Assembly: GCA_965207225.1 (NCBI GenBank)
Contig: CBDBLV010000005.1
Coordinates: 96,001-160,000, forward strand
DNA: 64,000 nt
DNA from: Dehalococcoidia bacterium
GTDB lineage: Bacteria > Chloroflexota > Dehalococcoidia > Plut-88900
Reading direction: 5' to 3'
Part shown: positions 41,434 to 52,204 of the stretch, in pieces
How positions within the stretch are numbered: position 1 is the first letter of the stretch
How the letters are laid out: every line of letters starts with the position of its first letter
The notes under the pieces: generated by a model
What the model saw: the letters and a program-made list of their open reading frames with translations, nothing else
Told to the model about the DNA's origin: nothing
The model's database searches: none
Made by a program: the position numbers and the translations under genes

Positions 41434-42370
41434 GATGGACGCCGGACGGGACCGGGTGCGGTTCCCGGCGGGATGAGCCGCCCAGGCGGCTGGAGCTTCG
41501 ATGTCAGCGCCAACTCGTTTACCTCCCTGCGATTTGCCGCGAACCGTTGGATCGCAGCGCCTGCAAGAGAGTGTGAACAATGGACATGCGATTCGGAACC
41601 TCCCACGGGCAGGTGCGGAAATGCACCTGTCCGTATGCAGGTGCGAACATGCACCGCCTCCCGAGGGCTTGCGAAGCCTAGGACACCTCCCGCCGCAGGA
41701 AGGGCGAATGGACATGCGGGTCAGGATGCGCAGCGTCTCTCGCCGCTTTACGGTGTGCGCCGCCGTCGATCCATTCGAGGACGTGGCGACCCTCTTTGAT
41801 GGCTTCCTTCTATCGGCCCCTCTCATCCCGCTCCTCCGTGTCGGTCTCCGGCGGGATTGCAGACTGGCCTCGCCGCCGCTGACACCGGACTTCCGGCGTG
41901 CTTTAAGCCAGTCTGCGGGCCTGAAAGAGCGAGCGGTATCACTCGGAGGGGAGTACATCGGTGTAACGGGCGGCAGCCCGCTGATGCGTCAGCGCATGAG
42001 CGTGAGATTGGCAGAGGTGATGTCAGGGGGCAGTACAGGGAAACGAACCCGTGTACATGTTGTACATCTGGGCGGTTTTCAAAGCTGACGCGGAGCGAAT
42101 CCAACAGGTTAAGGACGACAGCGGCGAACACTTTTTGTCAGGGGCCGGTTGCGACGGGGTGGTTCATGCACCCTAGCTGAAGCTGTACATGTTGTACACA
42201 GGGAAGGTAGGGACGCCGGTACATCAGCGGTACATCTTGGGCCAAGAGGTGAGACAGACGATGGATGAGAGGCCCTATCGTCGAAGATGGAGGCGATGCC
42301 GGAGCATTGAAGCCATTTCTGTGTATGTCATATAATGCCGATAGTGCAACTCTCTTGAAGGGGGAACATC

Positions 42371-42673
42371 ATGGAAGTCAAGAAGAAGAGGCTCACGCTG
42401 GACTTGGAGGCAACGTTCCAGCGCAGACTGAAGGTGGTTGCCGCCCTGAAGGGAGTGACCATGCGCCAGTACTGCTTTACCGCTATAGACAGGGAACTGG
42501 CGCAGGACGAGGCGCTGGGCATCGCCGGTCCTGTGTCCGGTTGGTCTGACGCCGAGCGGTTCGAGGAACTCCAGAAGAAGTACTTCGGGGACAGGGTGCT
42601 CCCCGGCAACGGAGCCGACTTCATTCGGGAAGCGCGGGAGGCCAGGGATGCCCGGATGGAGGGACTAGGGTGA
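42371..42673 (+). CDS. Antitoxin (RHH-like), VapB-type
   Basis: KRLTLDL...RRLKVVAALKGVTMRQY; GTGA overlap with the PIN gene. Confidence 0.75.
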   Translation: MEVKKKRLTLDLEATFQRRLKVVAALKGVTMRQYCFTAIDRELAQDEALGIAGPVSGWSDAERFEELQKKYFGDRVLPGNGADFIREAREARDARMEGLG

Positions 42674-43113
42674 GCACATTCGTGGTCGTGGACGCCAGCC
42701 TTGCCTTCAAGTGGCTGGTACGAGAAGAGCACACCGACAAGGCTCTGGCGATGCTTCGGGCCTGGCAACACGAGGAGATTAGACCGGCCGCTCCCCACCT
42801 GCTGCCCTTCGAGGTGGCGAACGCCCTTCACAAGCGGGTGAACCGGGGCGAGTTGAGCGTCGAGGGGGCGGTTGACCTAATCGGAAACCTGCTCACCTCC
42901 CAGGTCGAGTTGCATCAGCCGTGGAATCTCCACGGAAGGGCGTTGGAGATGGCAAGCAGATATGGTCAGGCCGCCGCCTACGACGCTCACTACCTGGCGC
43001 TCGCGGAGAGTCTTGGCTGCGACTTGTGGACCGCCGACGAGAGGTTCCGTCAATCCGTCGAGGACGCCGACGGGCGCGTACATTGGATTGGAGAGTTCGT
43101 TGTCCCAGAGTAG
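42670..43113 (+). CDS. vapC: VapC PIN-domain toxin
   Basis: VVDASLAFKW, EVANAL, YDAHYLALAE, LWTADE. Confidence 0.9.
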   Translation: MSTFVVVDASLAFKWLVREEHTDKALAMLRAWQHEEIRPAAPHLLPFEVANALHKRVNRGELSVEGAVDLIGNLLTSQVELHQPWNLHGRALEMASRYGQAAAYDAHYLALAESLGCDLWTADERFRQSVEDADGRVHWIGEFVVPE

Positions 43114-43167
43114 CCGAATGGGAGTTGCCGTCCTTCTGCCTAGTCCTTCGGTAGGGCGCAGACACAA

Positions 43168-44484
43168 ATGAGATTCGTCGACCTATTTGCGGGTCTTGGA
43201 GGATTCCGTATCGCGCTTGAGCGACTCGGACATGAGTGCGTCTTTGCCTCTGAGATAGACAGTCAGCTTCAGGAGGTATACAACCGCAACTTCTCCGTAG
43301 GCCCTGCCATCCAAGGAGACATTCGACGCTTCAAGAGCCATGTGCCAACTCATGACATCCTGTGCGCCGGGTTTCCTTGTCAACCGTTTTCCAAATCAGG
43401 TACTCAAGCCGGACTGAAGGACAAGACTTCTGGGACGCTATTCCATGAGATTCTAGAGATACTCCGAACCCAGAACCCTACGTATGTGATCCTAGAGAAT
43501 GTTGGTAATTTTGAGCGCCATGACGACGGGCGAACATGGCGCATTGTCAAGACCAGCTTGGAGGGTCTTGGCTATGAGGTCAGGGGAACAGAGCACATGG
43601 CCAGTGGGGGTCAAGGACTACTTTCCCCACACCATCTTGGCTTTCCTCATCACCGAGAGCGCTTCTTTGCAGTCGCCTCCCTTGAGGGCCTTCCAAAGGA
43701 GGTCTTCCCTCCAAGAAACCGAGATGCGCTGACCTCAATATCCGATATCGTTCAACATAGAGACGAGATGTCCGAGTCCGAATATAACGAAACACTGATC
43801 GCAGACCAGCACCGCCGCTGCATAGATCACTGGAACACCTTCCTTGATGCATTATCAGAAGAGAAGGTTGACATGCCCTCGTTTCCTATATGGGGAGACG
43901 AGGTTGATGCGGTCTATCCCTATGAGGAGACTACACCCTGGGCTCAACTGAATGGGAAGGCTTCAGCTAGGAAAGCCTTCAATACTCTGCCGAGCTACGC
44001 ACGGAGAGAGGTCACAGCGTTTCCAGATTGGAAAGTGCGGTTCATCAGGTCAAACCGTGATTGGTTCTCATTGATTCGCGATGACCTTTCGCAAGAGTGG
44101 CTCAATAGCCTTCGCGAGTTCCCTCCGTCTCTGCGAAAGCTCGAGTGGAACTGCCAAGGTGAAGACAGGGACCTCTGGCAGCACATCTTGCAGTTCAGGC
44201 CCTCCGGGCTACGTGTCAAGAGGTACGAAAACAGCCCGTCGCTAGTCGCCATGACAAGCACACAGATTCCCATCCTCGGCCCTGAGCGACGACACTTATC
44301 CAGAGTTGAGGGGCTCAGGCTACAGGGCTTTCAGGACGATTTCTGTGTTCCGGAGTCTAGGACGGAGATATTCAAGGCACTTGGGAACGCGGTGCACGTG
44401 GATGTTGTATACGAGATTGCCAAGAGACTCCTGCGCGTCGGAGAGGACAGCGTGCGAGGTGCTGTAGCTGTAGGTGCGATCTAG
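43168..44484 (+). CDS. DNA (cytosine-5) methyltransferase
   Basis: DLFAGLGG, AGFPCQPFS, ILENV, RERFF, RLQGF, LGNAV. Confidence 0.95.
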   Translation: MRFVDLFAGLGGFRIALERLGHECVFASEIDSQLQEVYNRNFSVGPAIQGDIRRFKSHVPTHDILCAGFPCQPFSKSGTQAGLKDKTSGTLFHEILEILRTQNPTYVILENVGNFERHDDGRTWRIVKTSLEGLGYEVRGTEHMASGGQGLLSPHHLGFPHHRERFFAVASLEGLPKEVFPPRNRDALTSISDIVQHRDEMSESEYNETLIADQHRRCIDHWNTFLDALSEEKVDMPSFPIWGDEVDAVYPYEETTPWAQLNGKASARKAFNTLPSYARREVTAFPDWKVRFIRSNRDWFSLIRDDLSQEWLNSLREFPPSLRKLEWNCQGEDRDLWQHILQFRPSGLRVKRYENSPSLVAMTSTQIPILGPERRHLSRVEGLRLQGFQDDFCVPESRTEIFKALGNAVHVDVVYEIAKRLLRVGEDSVRGAVAVGAI

Positions 44485-44497
44485 AGGAGGTCGGATA

Positions 44498-46066
44498 GTG
44501 GCTTCTGAGAGTCAGATAACGATAGATATTCGGCCAGCTGTTAGTGTCTACGCGACCTACAGGCGACTGAGCTACAAGCCGTGGTACGCCATCGCTGAGT
44601 TTGTAGACAACTCCACTCAGAGCTACTACGACCATAGAGCCGAACTGATTGGGACATACAAACTCGATGGAGGCCCCGGCAACTTGCGTGTCGAGGTGGC
44701 CTATGACAGCGAGAGAAACGCGCTCACCATCGTGGACAATGCGCATGGCATGGAGATGGAGGAACTCACCAGAGCTGTTGTACTTGACAGACCACCTCCA
44801 GACCCTACAGGGCGCTGTGAGTACGGAATGGGTCTAAAGACGGCGGCCTGCTGGTTCGGTACGACGTGGACGATCCGGACTACCAAACTTGGCTCCGAAA
44901 ACGAGTACACGGCTCGTGTACATGTACCGGAGCTTGTAGACAGTAATCTGGAGAGTATTGCAGTCGAGGTGGGTGCCGCCAAGCCTAACGCTCACTACAC
45001 GTCTATCACGATAGAGGGACTCTATAAGCCAATTCGGGGAAGAACGCAGGGCCGCGTGAAAGACCAGCTTGGCAGCATGTACCGAGAGGACCTCCGTTCG
45101 GGAGAGATCGAGATCCTGTGGAATGGCGAGCCCATCTCATACGATGAGCCTAGTTTCCTTGACGAGGACTTGGGCAACGGCGTCAACAACGTGTGGAGGA
45201 AGAACTTCACCATCAATGTGCCGTGGGACTCTGAAGGGAGTACACTCTACGCCACAGGGTGGGTCGGAGTGAGGACGCCGGGGAGCCAGCGAGATGCCGG
45301 GTTTGCCCTACTCAGGCGTGGTCGGGTCATCGTGGGCGGGCCGGGAGAAGGCTACAAACCGGCCGCGATATTCGGCCAAGGCAATACATTTCGCTCTCAG
45401 CGCCTCGTTGGTGAGATCACGATGGATGCTTGGCCAGTCACCCAAGCCAAGGACGCCTTTGACTGGTCCGGCGGCTTAGAGGATGACTTCATTGAGCAGC
45501 TAAAGCGGGTATGCCAAGACTACATGGACAAGGCTGAGGGCTATAGAGAGCGGGGCAAGCCTATCACGCAACCCGTCATGGAGGTCATATCCGAGCCGCT
45601 CAGAAGGGTCTTCTCTGACCAGAGGTTCGGCTACACTGTGCATGAAGAGATCAGGCTGCCTGACCCACCAAAGACCGAGGAGGCGGATCGGACCGACACC
45701 GATATGATACGGGCTGCTAGCAGCGGTCCCGTATCATATCGCCTTGAGGTCGGGGCAGAGGTCTGGCTCTTTAGACTCCACTGGCAAGACCAACTCAGTG
45801 ACGCCCATTGGATGCAGGTGAGTGTTCCCCGCGAGAACGAGATAGACGTCTTTCTCAACACTGCCCATCCCTTTCTCGCACCCTATCTAGACAACAGAGA
45901 TTCTCTTGCCTTACTTCAGAAGTTCGTGTTATCCCTGGCGCTGGCCGAGCGGATGGCCCTTCAAATCTCTTCTAATGGCCTCGTGAGTCCGAGTGACTTC
46001 CGCATGTATATGAACAAGGTGCTGAGGCGGGCTGGAGAGATCGAGGTCGAGTATGGTCGAGTCTAG
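44498..46066 (+). CDS. GHKL/MORC-type ATPase (HATPase_c_3)
   Basis: AEFVDNS, DNAHGM, YGMGLKTA, HYTSI; GAGGAGG RBS before GTG. Confidence 0.85.
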   Translation: MASESQITIDIRPAVSVYATYRRLSYKPWYAIAEFVDNSTQSYYDHRAELIGTYKLDGGPGNLRVEVAYDSERNALTIVDNAHGMEMEELTRAVVLDRPPPDPTGRCEYGMGLKTAACWFGTTWTIRTTKLGSENEYTARVHVPELVDSNLESIAVEVGAAKPNAHYTSITIEGLYKPIRGRTQGRVKDQLGSMYREDLRSGEIEILWNGEPISYDEPSFLDEDLGNGVNNVWRKNFTINVPWDSEGSTLYATGWVGVRTPGSQRDAGFALLRRGRVIVGGPGEGYKPAAIFGQGNTFRSQRLVGEITMDAWPVTQAKDAFDWSGGLEDDFIEQLKRVCQDYMDKAEGYRERGKPITQPVMEVISEPLRRVFSDQRFGYTVHEEIRLPDPPKTEEADRTDTDMIRAASSGPVSYRLEVGAEVWLFRLHWQDQLSDAHWMQVSVPRENEIDVFLNTAHPFLAPYLDNRDSLALLQKFVLSLALAERMALQISSNGLVSPSDFRMYMNKVLRRAGEIEVEYGRV

Positions 46067-48203
46067 TCAGCCTTTCGGTATTGATCCTCTGTCGTCTGCG
46101 TTGGAATTGTGGGGGCCGTCCATCGATGGTGAGGAGATACGACGCCTCAGGAGCCGATACCAAGAGCGTGTGAGTGACGATGAGTGGGATGACATTGTAC
46201 AGACAGCCGCGTCGATTCTGGGGCGATGTCCGATTCCAACCGATAACGACCGGAGAGTCACTGGACTTGCCCTCGGCAAGGTCCAGAGCGGTAAGACCCT
46301 CTCCTACACTTCGCTTATCGCCCTAGGCATAGACAATGGCTACAGAGTGACAGTGGTGCTAGCCGGCACGAAGAACCCGCTGCTGGAGCAGAACTTCACA
46401 CGGCTGTACAACGACCTGGAAGTTAACCGACCGAACCTAACCCCATTCAGGAATCCAGTTCCTCAAGATGCTGAGGTCATTAGAAGCGTGCTCCACAGCG
46501 GTGGTCATGCCCTAATTGTAGTGCTGAAGAACCGCAAGCGGCTCGAAGACGCCCGGCGTGTCCTGGCTACCCCAGAAGTCAGAGGTTTTCCAACACTCGT
46601 CATTGATGACGAAGGAGACGAAGCATCCCTCAACACCCAGTTCCGCCGCGGGAGACGGTCTGCGATTTATGAAAGCATCCTTCGGCTAAGGCATGCGCTC
46701 CGAGTCCATGCCTATGTGGCATACACCGCAACTCCCCAGGCGAACCTTCTCATATCGGGAATTGATGGTCTATCGCCTGACTTCGGCGTCCTAGTCGAGC
46801 CGGGACAGGGATACTGTGGCGGGGCGACCTTCTTCGGCTCAGATCGCGATCGATATGTGAGAGCCGTGCCTTTGGCGGAGTCCGAGGAGGAACGGGTCTG
46901 GGGAATACCAAGTGGCCTTAGGGAGGCCATCGCAACCTTCCTTGTCGGGGGTGCTATCCGACACTTGCGCCAGTCCAATGCATGGCACTCGATGCTTATC
47001 CACAACAGCAACCTCCGTGCCGACCATGAGAGACTTCAGATAGCAATCCGAAATCTGGTTGAGCTTTGGCGCGAAAGCCTTGGCCTGCTGGATGATGATC
47101 CTGCCACGCATGAGTTGATGGCACTAATGCGGGCGGCCTACGATGACTTGTGCTCCACAGTGCATCATCCCCCAACTTGGGAAGAGGTCCGTCAGCAATT
47201 GCGTGATGAGATCTGGCTCGTCGAGGTGTGGATGGTCAACAGCTTGCCGTTAGGCCGAGACCCAATCGGGACACCGTTCAGGCTAAAGAACAATATCCTC
47301 GTCGGTGGCAACATGCTTGGACGAGGAGTAACAATCGAGGGTCTGGCGGTGACCTACATAACTCGCCGTGCAAGGAACGAGACGAACGCCGACACCATGG
47401 AGCAGCGTGCGCGGTGGTTTGGTTACAAGAGAGACTATCTTGATGTATGCCGTATATTCGTAACGGCGCAGCTTCGAGACGACTACACCGAGCTCCTGAG
47501 ACATGAGGACGACTTTTGGGAAGCTCTCCGCCGTAACCAACGACAGCGATTGTCTATCCGTGAGTGGCCTCGTATGCTTTCGCTGGATATGAACATGGGT
47601 CTCAAGCCGACCAGATCGAACGTAGCGAGCTATCGTCGGTTCAGAAGCGGCGGCTGGGATATACAGAACCGCCCAGTAGAAGATCAGACAGTTGCCGAGC
47701 GTAACCTTCGGAGTGTTAGGGCGTTCTTTGCCCAGCGCGAGGGGGCTACCGTCAAGCGGTTTGGAAACGTTGAGCACCTTGTCGTCAATGACTGTCCGAC
47801 TGAGGAGGCCATATCACAACTGCTAGCCAACATCGAAGCAGACGGGACCGACTGGGACTCATCCTATACGAGTGAGTACTTGGCACGCCTGCTTCTAGCT
47901 GGGGTGCTTCCTTCTCTCGACGTTGTGTTCATGTCGAGCGGTCAGACCCGAATTCGGACAAAGCGACAGGGGAGAATCAATCCCATGCAGGGTCGTACGC
48001 CAGGTCGGGACCCATCTGATCCAGCCTACTACCCAGGGGACGAGAATATTCACGAGGGGCGGGTACAACTTCAGACACACATGATTAGAGTTCTTGGGGA
48101 TGGATCAGATCACCCCGTCGAGACCACCGCTCTAGCCCTCTTTGTACTGAGTGACGATCCGCATTTTGACCTCCGATATGTTGTCCGGGATGACGGTCCA
48201 TGA
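46053..48203 (+). CDS. Z1-domain protein (SF2-like ATPase + Z1)
   Basis: GKVQSGKT, IDDEGDEASLN, YTATPQAN, SMLIH, GGNMLGRGVTIEGL, DTMEQRARWFGY. Confidence 0.9.
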   Translation: MVESSQPFGIDPLSSALELWGPSIDGEEIRRLRSRYQERVSDDEWDDIVQTAASILGRCPIPTDNDRRVTGLALGKVQSGKTLSYTSLIALGIDNGYRVTVVLAGTKNPLLEQNFTRLYNDLEVNRPNLTPFRNPVPQDAEVIRSVLHSGGHALIVVLKNRKRLEDARRVLATPEVRGFPTLVIDDEGDEASLNTQFRRGRRSAIYESILRLRHALRVHAYVAYTATPQANLLISGIDGLSPDFGVLVEPGQGYCGGATFFGSDRDRYVRAVPLAESEEERVWGIPSGLREAIATFLVGGAIRHLRQSNAWHSMLIHNSNLRADHERLQIAIRNLVELWRESLGLLDDDPATHELMALMRAAYDDLCSTVHHPPTWEEVRQQLRDEIWLVEVWMVNSLPLGRDPIGTPFRLKNNILVGGNMLGRGVTIEGLAVTYITRRARNETNADTMEQRARWFGYKRDYLDVCRIFVTAQLRDDYTELLRHEDDFWEALRRNQRQRLSIREWPRMLSLDMNMGLKPTRSNVASYRRFRSGGWDIQNRPVEDQTVAERNLRSVRAFFAQREGATVKRFGNVEHLVVNDCPTEEAISQLLANIEADGTDWDSSYTSEYLARLLLAGVLPSLDVVFMSSGQTRIRTKRQGRINPMQGRTPGRDPSDPAYYPGDENIHEGRVQLQTHMIRVLGDGSDHPVETTALALFVLSDDPHFDLRYVVRDDGP

Positions 48204-49195
48204 GCCTCACCGCGCTTTTTTCGGAGTTGAAGGACAGGCCGTCCGGCCATGCCTTTACTGTAGCTACAGTACCAGGACATCAGGATGCCCTCCTTGGGGT
48301 CGATACATCGGGGCACCCAGTTCTCTTTATGTCGGCTGAATCAGGTGATGTCGAGCCTCCGCTACGCACAGACAAAGTCTCGCTTCATATTGGGCAAAGC
48401 TACAGCTTGGCGGGTATTGATGACTCCCGCAGCATTGAGTTGCTGCACGCTCTGCGCTGTGAGACTTCTGCGGCGCCAGATGTGGAGACCTTTCTACTAC
48501 TTGCAGAAGCCTTCCTAACGCGCCAGGAGGCTGGCGGGTCGCCCCGACAGTCTTTGACGTCGTTCTTTCGATCTATTGTCCGACTATTCGCAGTTACGCC
48601 AGCCAAAGACCTCCAGGCAGAGCGACGCGGCCTGTGGGGTGAGTTATTCATGATGAGCCATGTGCGAGGATTTCTGTTCTGGGCACCCTTCTGGCATAGC
48701 GAAGTCACGCGACGCTTCGACTTTTCTTGCGGGCGCAATCGCGTCGAAGTGAAGGTCACGACACGACCAGAGCGCACGCATCATTTCTCCCATAGGCAGA
48801 TATATGCCACCGAAGGCGAAGAGATCGTTGTCGCATCCATACTCGCGACTGAGGACGACTCTGGCCTTAGCTTGAGGCAACTCATTGAAGCATGTAGGAG
48901 TGCTCTACTCGGAACGCCGAATTATCTGAAGCTGGAGAAAGCAGTACGTCGGGCCGGCATGGAGTCCGCAACAGAACTCGGTCCGGTAATGGCCGCCGCT
49001 GAAGCGGGGGGAAGTCTTGCGTGGTTCCGTTCGTGGGCCGTCCCCCATTTTCTGGTGCCGGAGCCCCCAGGCGTCACGGAGACCCGCTATAGGGTGAACC
49101 TATCTACAGCGCCACGGATTACGACGGTGGAGCTTGATGAGTGGCTGTGTCTGTGGTCGCCAGAGCTATTGCCCATGGCAGTGAGCAATTCATAG
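48200..49195 (+). CDS. DUF4420 PD-(D/E)XK nuclease
   Basis: RGLWGEL, RFDF...VEVKVTT, HHFSHRQ; ATGA overlap with the Z1 gene. Confidence 0.85.
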   Translation: MSLTALFSELKDRPSGHAFTVATVPGHQDALLGVDTSGHPVLFMSAESGDVEPPLRTDKVSLHIGQSYSLAGIDDSRSIELLHALRCETSAAPDVETFLLLAEAFLTRQEAGGSPRQSLTSFFRSIVRLFAVTPAKDLQAERRGLWGELFMMSHVRGFLFWAPFWHSEVTRRFDFSCGRNRVEVKVTTRPERTHHFSHRQIYATEGEEIVVASILATEDDSGLSLRQLIEACRSALLGTPNYLKLEKAVRRAGMESATELGPVMAAAEAGGSLAWFRSWAVPHFLVPEPPGVTETRYRVNLSTAPRITTVELDEWLCLWSPELLPMAVSNS

Positions 49196-49481
49196 TCCCA
49201 TCTACAACTCAAAGATAGTTCTGCCTATCGTCAACTGAGGCCGGGCAAAATGAGTGTCTAGACACACTCGTCACAGCCTGACCTCCCATCGGAAAGTTCG
49301 CAGTACGGTATGCCCCGGCCCACCAGACTTGATAAAATCAAGAACCTTTAGCTTGAGGCTCAGGTTGGCACTATAGCGTGCCCTAAGTGGCAAGTCTGCT
49401 GACCTGTACCCAATTGTAGTGCGAACGAGTTCCAATGAAATGACTCGGCAATCCAAAGGGTAGGCTAAGAGGCACTAGGCC

Positions 49482-50207
49482 ATGTCACTGAGAGTGCTCA
49501 CATGGAACGTCGAGTGGGCCACACCCAGCTCACGACGAACTCCGGAAATCTTGAGGCGTATTAGCCGACGTGGCCCGGAAGTCATCTGTCTCACTGAGAC
49601 GCATGTCCGGCTGCTGCCTCAAGATGGGCACACCATCTGCTCTCAGCCAGACTACGGATACACGATCAAGGAGGACCGCCGAAAGGTTATACTCTGGTCG
49701 AGGGAGCCTTGGGATCGGGTTGATTACGTAGGAATCAATTCAATGCCTCCCGGACGCTTCGTGTCCGGCGTCACGAAGACATCTCTGGGTCCGGTCACAG
49801 TCATTGGAATCTGTATCCCATGGTTCGGGTCGCGGACGGAGGCCAGACGGAAGTTGGAACGGAAGATGCGATGGGAAGACCATGAGCAGTTTCTGGTTGA
49901 CCTGACCAAGGTTCTCGCATGTGGTCCTGCGAATCGGCTGATAGTGATCGGGGACTTTAATCAGATTGTCGGGCCTGGCAGCCGCGCACGCCCTGAACTT
50001 CAATTGGAACTTCAGAGGGCCTTCCCATCAAACATGACAATCGTTACCTCGGCACTTGCCCTCAATGGACGCAAGAGCATAGACCACATCGCTCTGAGTG
50101 AGGACTTGGCAGTTGAATCGCTGGACGTAATCAGCAACCTCCACGACGGGCGGGAACTTTCAGACCACTTCGGAGTCATTGCCGACCTGTCTCTCAGAGC
50201 CAGTTGA
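49482..50207 (+). CDS. Endonuclease/exonuclease/phosphatase (EEP) protein
   Basis: LTWNV, CLTE, GDFNQ, IDHI, SDH. Confidence 0.9.
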   Translation: MSLRVLTWNVEWATPSSRRTPEILRRISRRGPEVICLTETHVRLLPQDGHTICSQPDYGYTIKEDRRKVILWSREPWDRVDYVGINSMPPGRFVSGVTKTSLGPVTVIGICIPWFGSRTEARRKLERKMRWEDHEQFLVDLTKVLACGPANRLIVIGDFNQIVGPGSRARPELQLELQRAFPSNMTIVTSALALNGRKSIDHIALSEDLAVESLDVISNLHDGRELSDHFGVIADLSLRAS

Positions 50208-50228
50208 AAAATCTAGTAGCTTAGTTTC

Positions 50229-51836
50229 ATGGAACAAGTGCTCATCGACAGCATCGAATCATACGAGCGAACTCAGCGCGGGCTTAGTCACCTTCTGAGC
50301 AAGAGGGGCTCTGAGAGAACGGCAGTAGCTCTTGCCGAAGCTCTGGTACCGGGTCAAGGTCAAGAGCCAAATGTCAGACACTTGCGCGCATGCGTTTACA
50401 CTGACGCGGGCATTACGCTCAAGGACCCTGCTTTAGTGCAAGAAGGAGTCCGAATATGGGGTGAAATGGAACCTCATAGCTCAGTGACGATCTCATATAA
50501 CCTAGCCAGCGCTCATCTGCATCTCTGGCAACTTGCTGTCGAGCAATCAGGTCTGGGTGATGCTTGGCTAGACAAGCGCAGCCACCTCCGCAAGGCTCGC
50601 AGATTATTCAGTCTAGTGGCGCAATGCAAAGATGCGGACACCGAGTTGCGCCTTAAGGCCCTTACTGATTGCGGCAACTCCTTTGATAACATTGGACGGT
50701 ATCTCGACGCTCTCGACTGCTACGACCAGGCGCTCAATCTGGATTCATCGTTTGGGATGGCATCGGGCAACCGGGGAATTACACTTCTCAATGTCGCACC
50801 ACTCATGGGAGGCCATGAATCCCACGTGCTGCTACAAGCTGCCTCTGACCTGGATGTCGCCATCAGCGATCAAGATCGAGTATTGCGCTGCGGTGGGCAA
50901 TCAGCGCTCGAGACTTTCAAGCGACGACGTGCTGGATTATCAGTCCAGGAGGACTTACATCACAACTCCACTGATGCTTCCCCTCAGCTTGGAGACTCGC
51001 ATCTCGACTGGTGCCTACGCAATCAACTCTTCCTACACATTTCGCCGGATTGCATCAGGGCCGAGACTGAAACCCTCGATACCCTCACCTTCGGAAACTT
51101 CAGCTTGAGTCTTGCTGAAGATTCGGTGCTGAACCGCGCGAATGAAATCGTTGATGGCTTCAATGCCATAAAACAAGACTATGTCGCCGCTCGGTATCTT
51201 GTTTGGCTCGCCACAGCTGAGGACAGTTCGATTCGGGGACAAGCCGAACCGATCACGAGACGGACGTCGTTCTGGGATACATCTAGCTACGCTGACTGGG
51301 GCGTGAAACCAGGTATTGGCGTGCAAGCACTTAAGGTTGCCATCGACACTTTAGATACGGTTGCAGCGTTCGTACACCTCTACTTTCGTACTGGACGCAA
51401 GGCCCGCAATGTTGATTTTCGCACCCTTCCTTATACCAATAGATCGAAGAAGGAGCTCGCGGCATCACTCTCGGAGGCACTGAAGCAAACGGAGCACAAC
51501 AGAGGATTGGCGTCACTGTTTGACATTAGCGATGAGGTGGAAGAAAACTCGCTCTTGGGATTACTCTTCGAGCATCGCCATGCTGCCACGCATCGCTTTT
51601 TCTCTGTTCATAACGAGAAGGCCCCTGAGTCGTCCGATTGGATCGAACGACTTAGTTGGCATGAACTAACCAAAGAGTCGCTTGACTCGCTCCGAATCGT
51701 ACGAGGCGCGATCATGTATCTGGCCCAGATGATCCACATTCATGAGAAGACGACAGAAATGCGGGATTCACCGGGCTCAATGATCATGCCATTGCCTTTC
51801 GAGCGAACCGATGCTGACCTCATGGAGCCCGGGTAG
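50229..51836 (+). CDS. TPR + LA2681-like HEPN domain protein
   Basis: TPR (GNSFDNIGRYLDALDCYDQAL), WCLRNQLFL, FNAIKQDYVAARYL, RHAATH (RxxxxH). Confidence 0.8.
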   Translation: MEQVLIDSIESYERTQRGLSHLLSKRGSERTAVALAEALVPGQGQEPNVRHLRACVYTDAGITLKDPALVQEGVRIWGEMEPHSSVTISYNLASAHLHLWQLAVEQSGLGDAWLDKRSHLRKARRLFSLVAQCKDADTELRLKALTDCGNSFDNIGRYLDALDCYDQALNLDSSFGMASGNRGITLLNVAPLMGGHESHVLLQAASDLDVAISDQDRVLRCGGQSALETFKRRRAGLSVQEDLHHNSTDASPQLGDSHLDWCLRNQLFLHISPDCIRAETETLDTLTFGNFSLSLAEDSVLNRANEIVDGFNAIKQDYVAARYLVWLATAEDSSIRGQAEPITRRTSFWDTSSYADWGVKPGIGVQALKVAIDTLDTVAAFVHLYFRTGRKARNVDFRTLPYTNRSKKELAASLSEALKQTEHNRGLASLFDISDEVEENSLLGLLFEHRHAATHRFFSVHNEKAPESSDWIERLSWHELTKESLDSLRIVRGAIMYLAQMIHIHEKTTEMRDSPGSMIMPLPFERTDADLMEPG

Positions 51837-51952
51837 CCGCTAGCTGCTGACACTTGCTCACGTAAACGGGACAAGAGCCCGCCGTGATTGACTTCAGCCC
51901 CGGTGTGACGGATAATGTCTTCCGTACGCATAACACCGCACAGAGGGTCAGT

Positions 51953-52204
51953 ATGACGAATCGTTTGGACGTCCGGCTGGACGTTGAACATCGACGGCGG
52001 CTTGAGGAGTTGGCCGAAGAGAAGGGAGCGGCCATCTCCGACGTTGTGCGAAGTCTCATTGACGGGGCCTACGAAGATATTATGCGCATGCGCCGCAAGG
52101 GGGCCATTGAACGGCTGATTGCATTGAATGTAGAAGTCCCGCCGGACCCGGCAACTCTCTCACGCGAGTTGGAGGTCGCCCATGAGCCCGGCGGTCTTCC
52201 TTGA
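51953..52204 (+). CDS. RHH antitoxin
   Basis: RLDVRLD...LEELAEEKGAAISDVVRSLID; overlaps the PIN gene. Confidence 0.75.
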   Translation: MTNRLDVRLDVEHRRRLEELAEEKGAAISDVVRSLIDGAYEDIMRMRRKGAIERLIALNVEVPPDPATLSRELEVAHEPGGLP

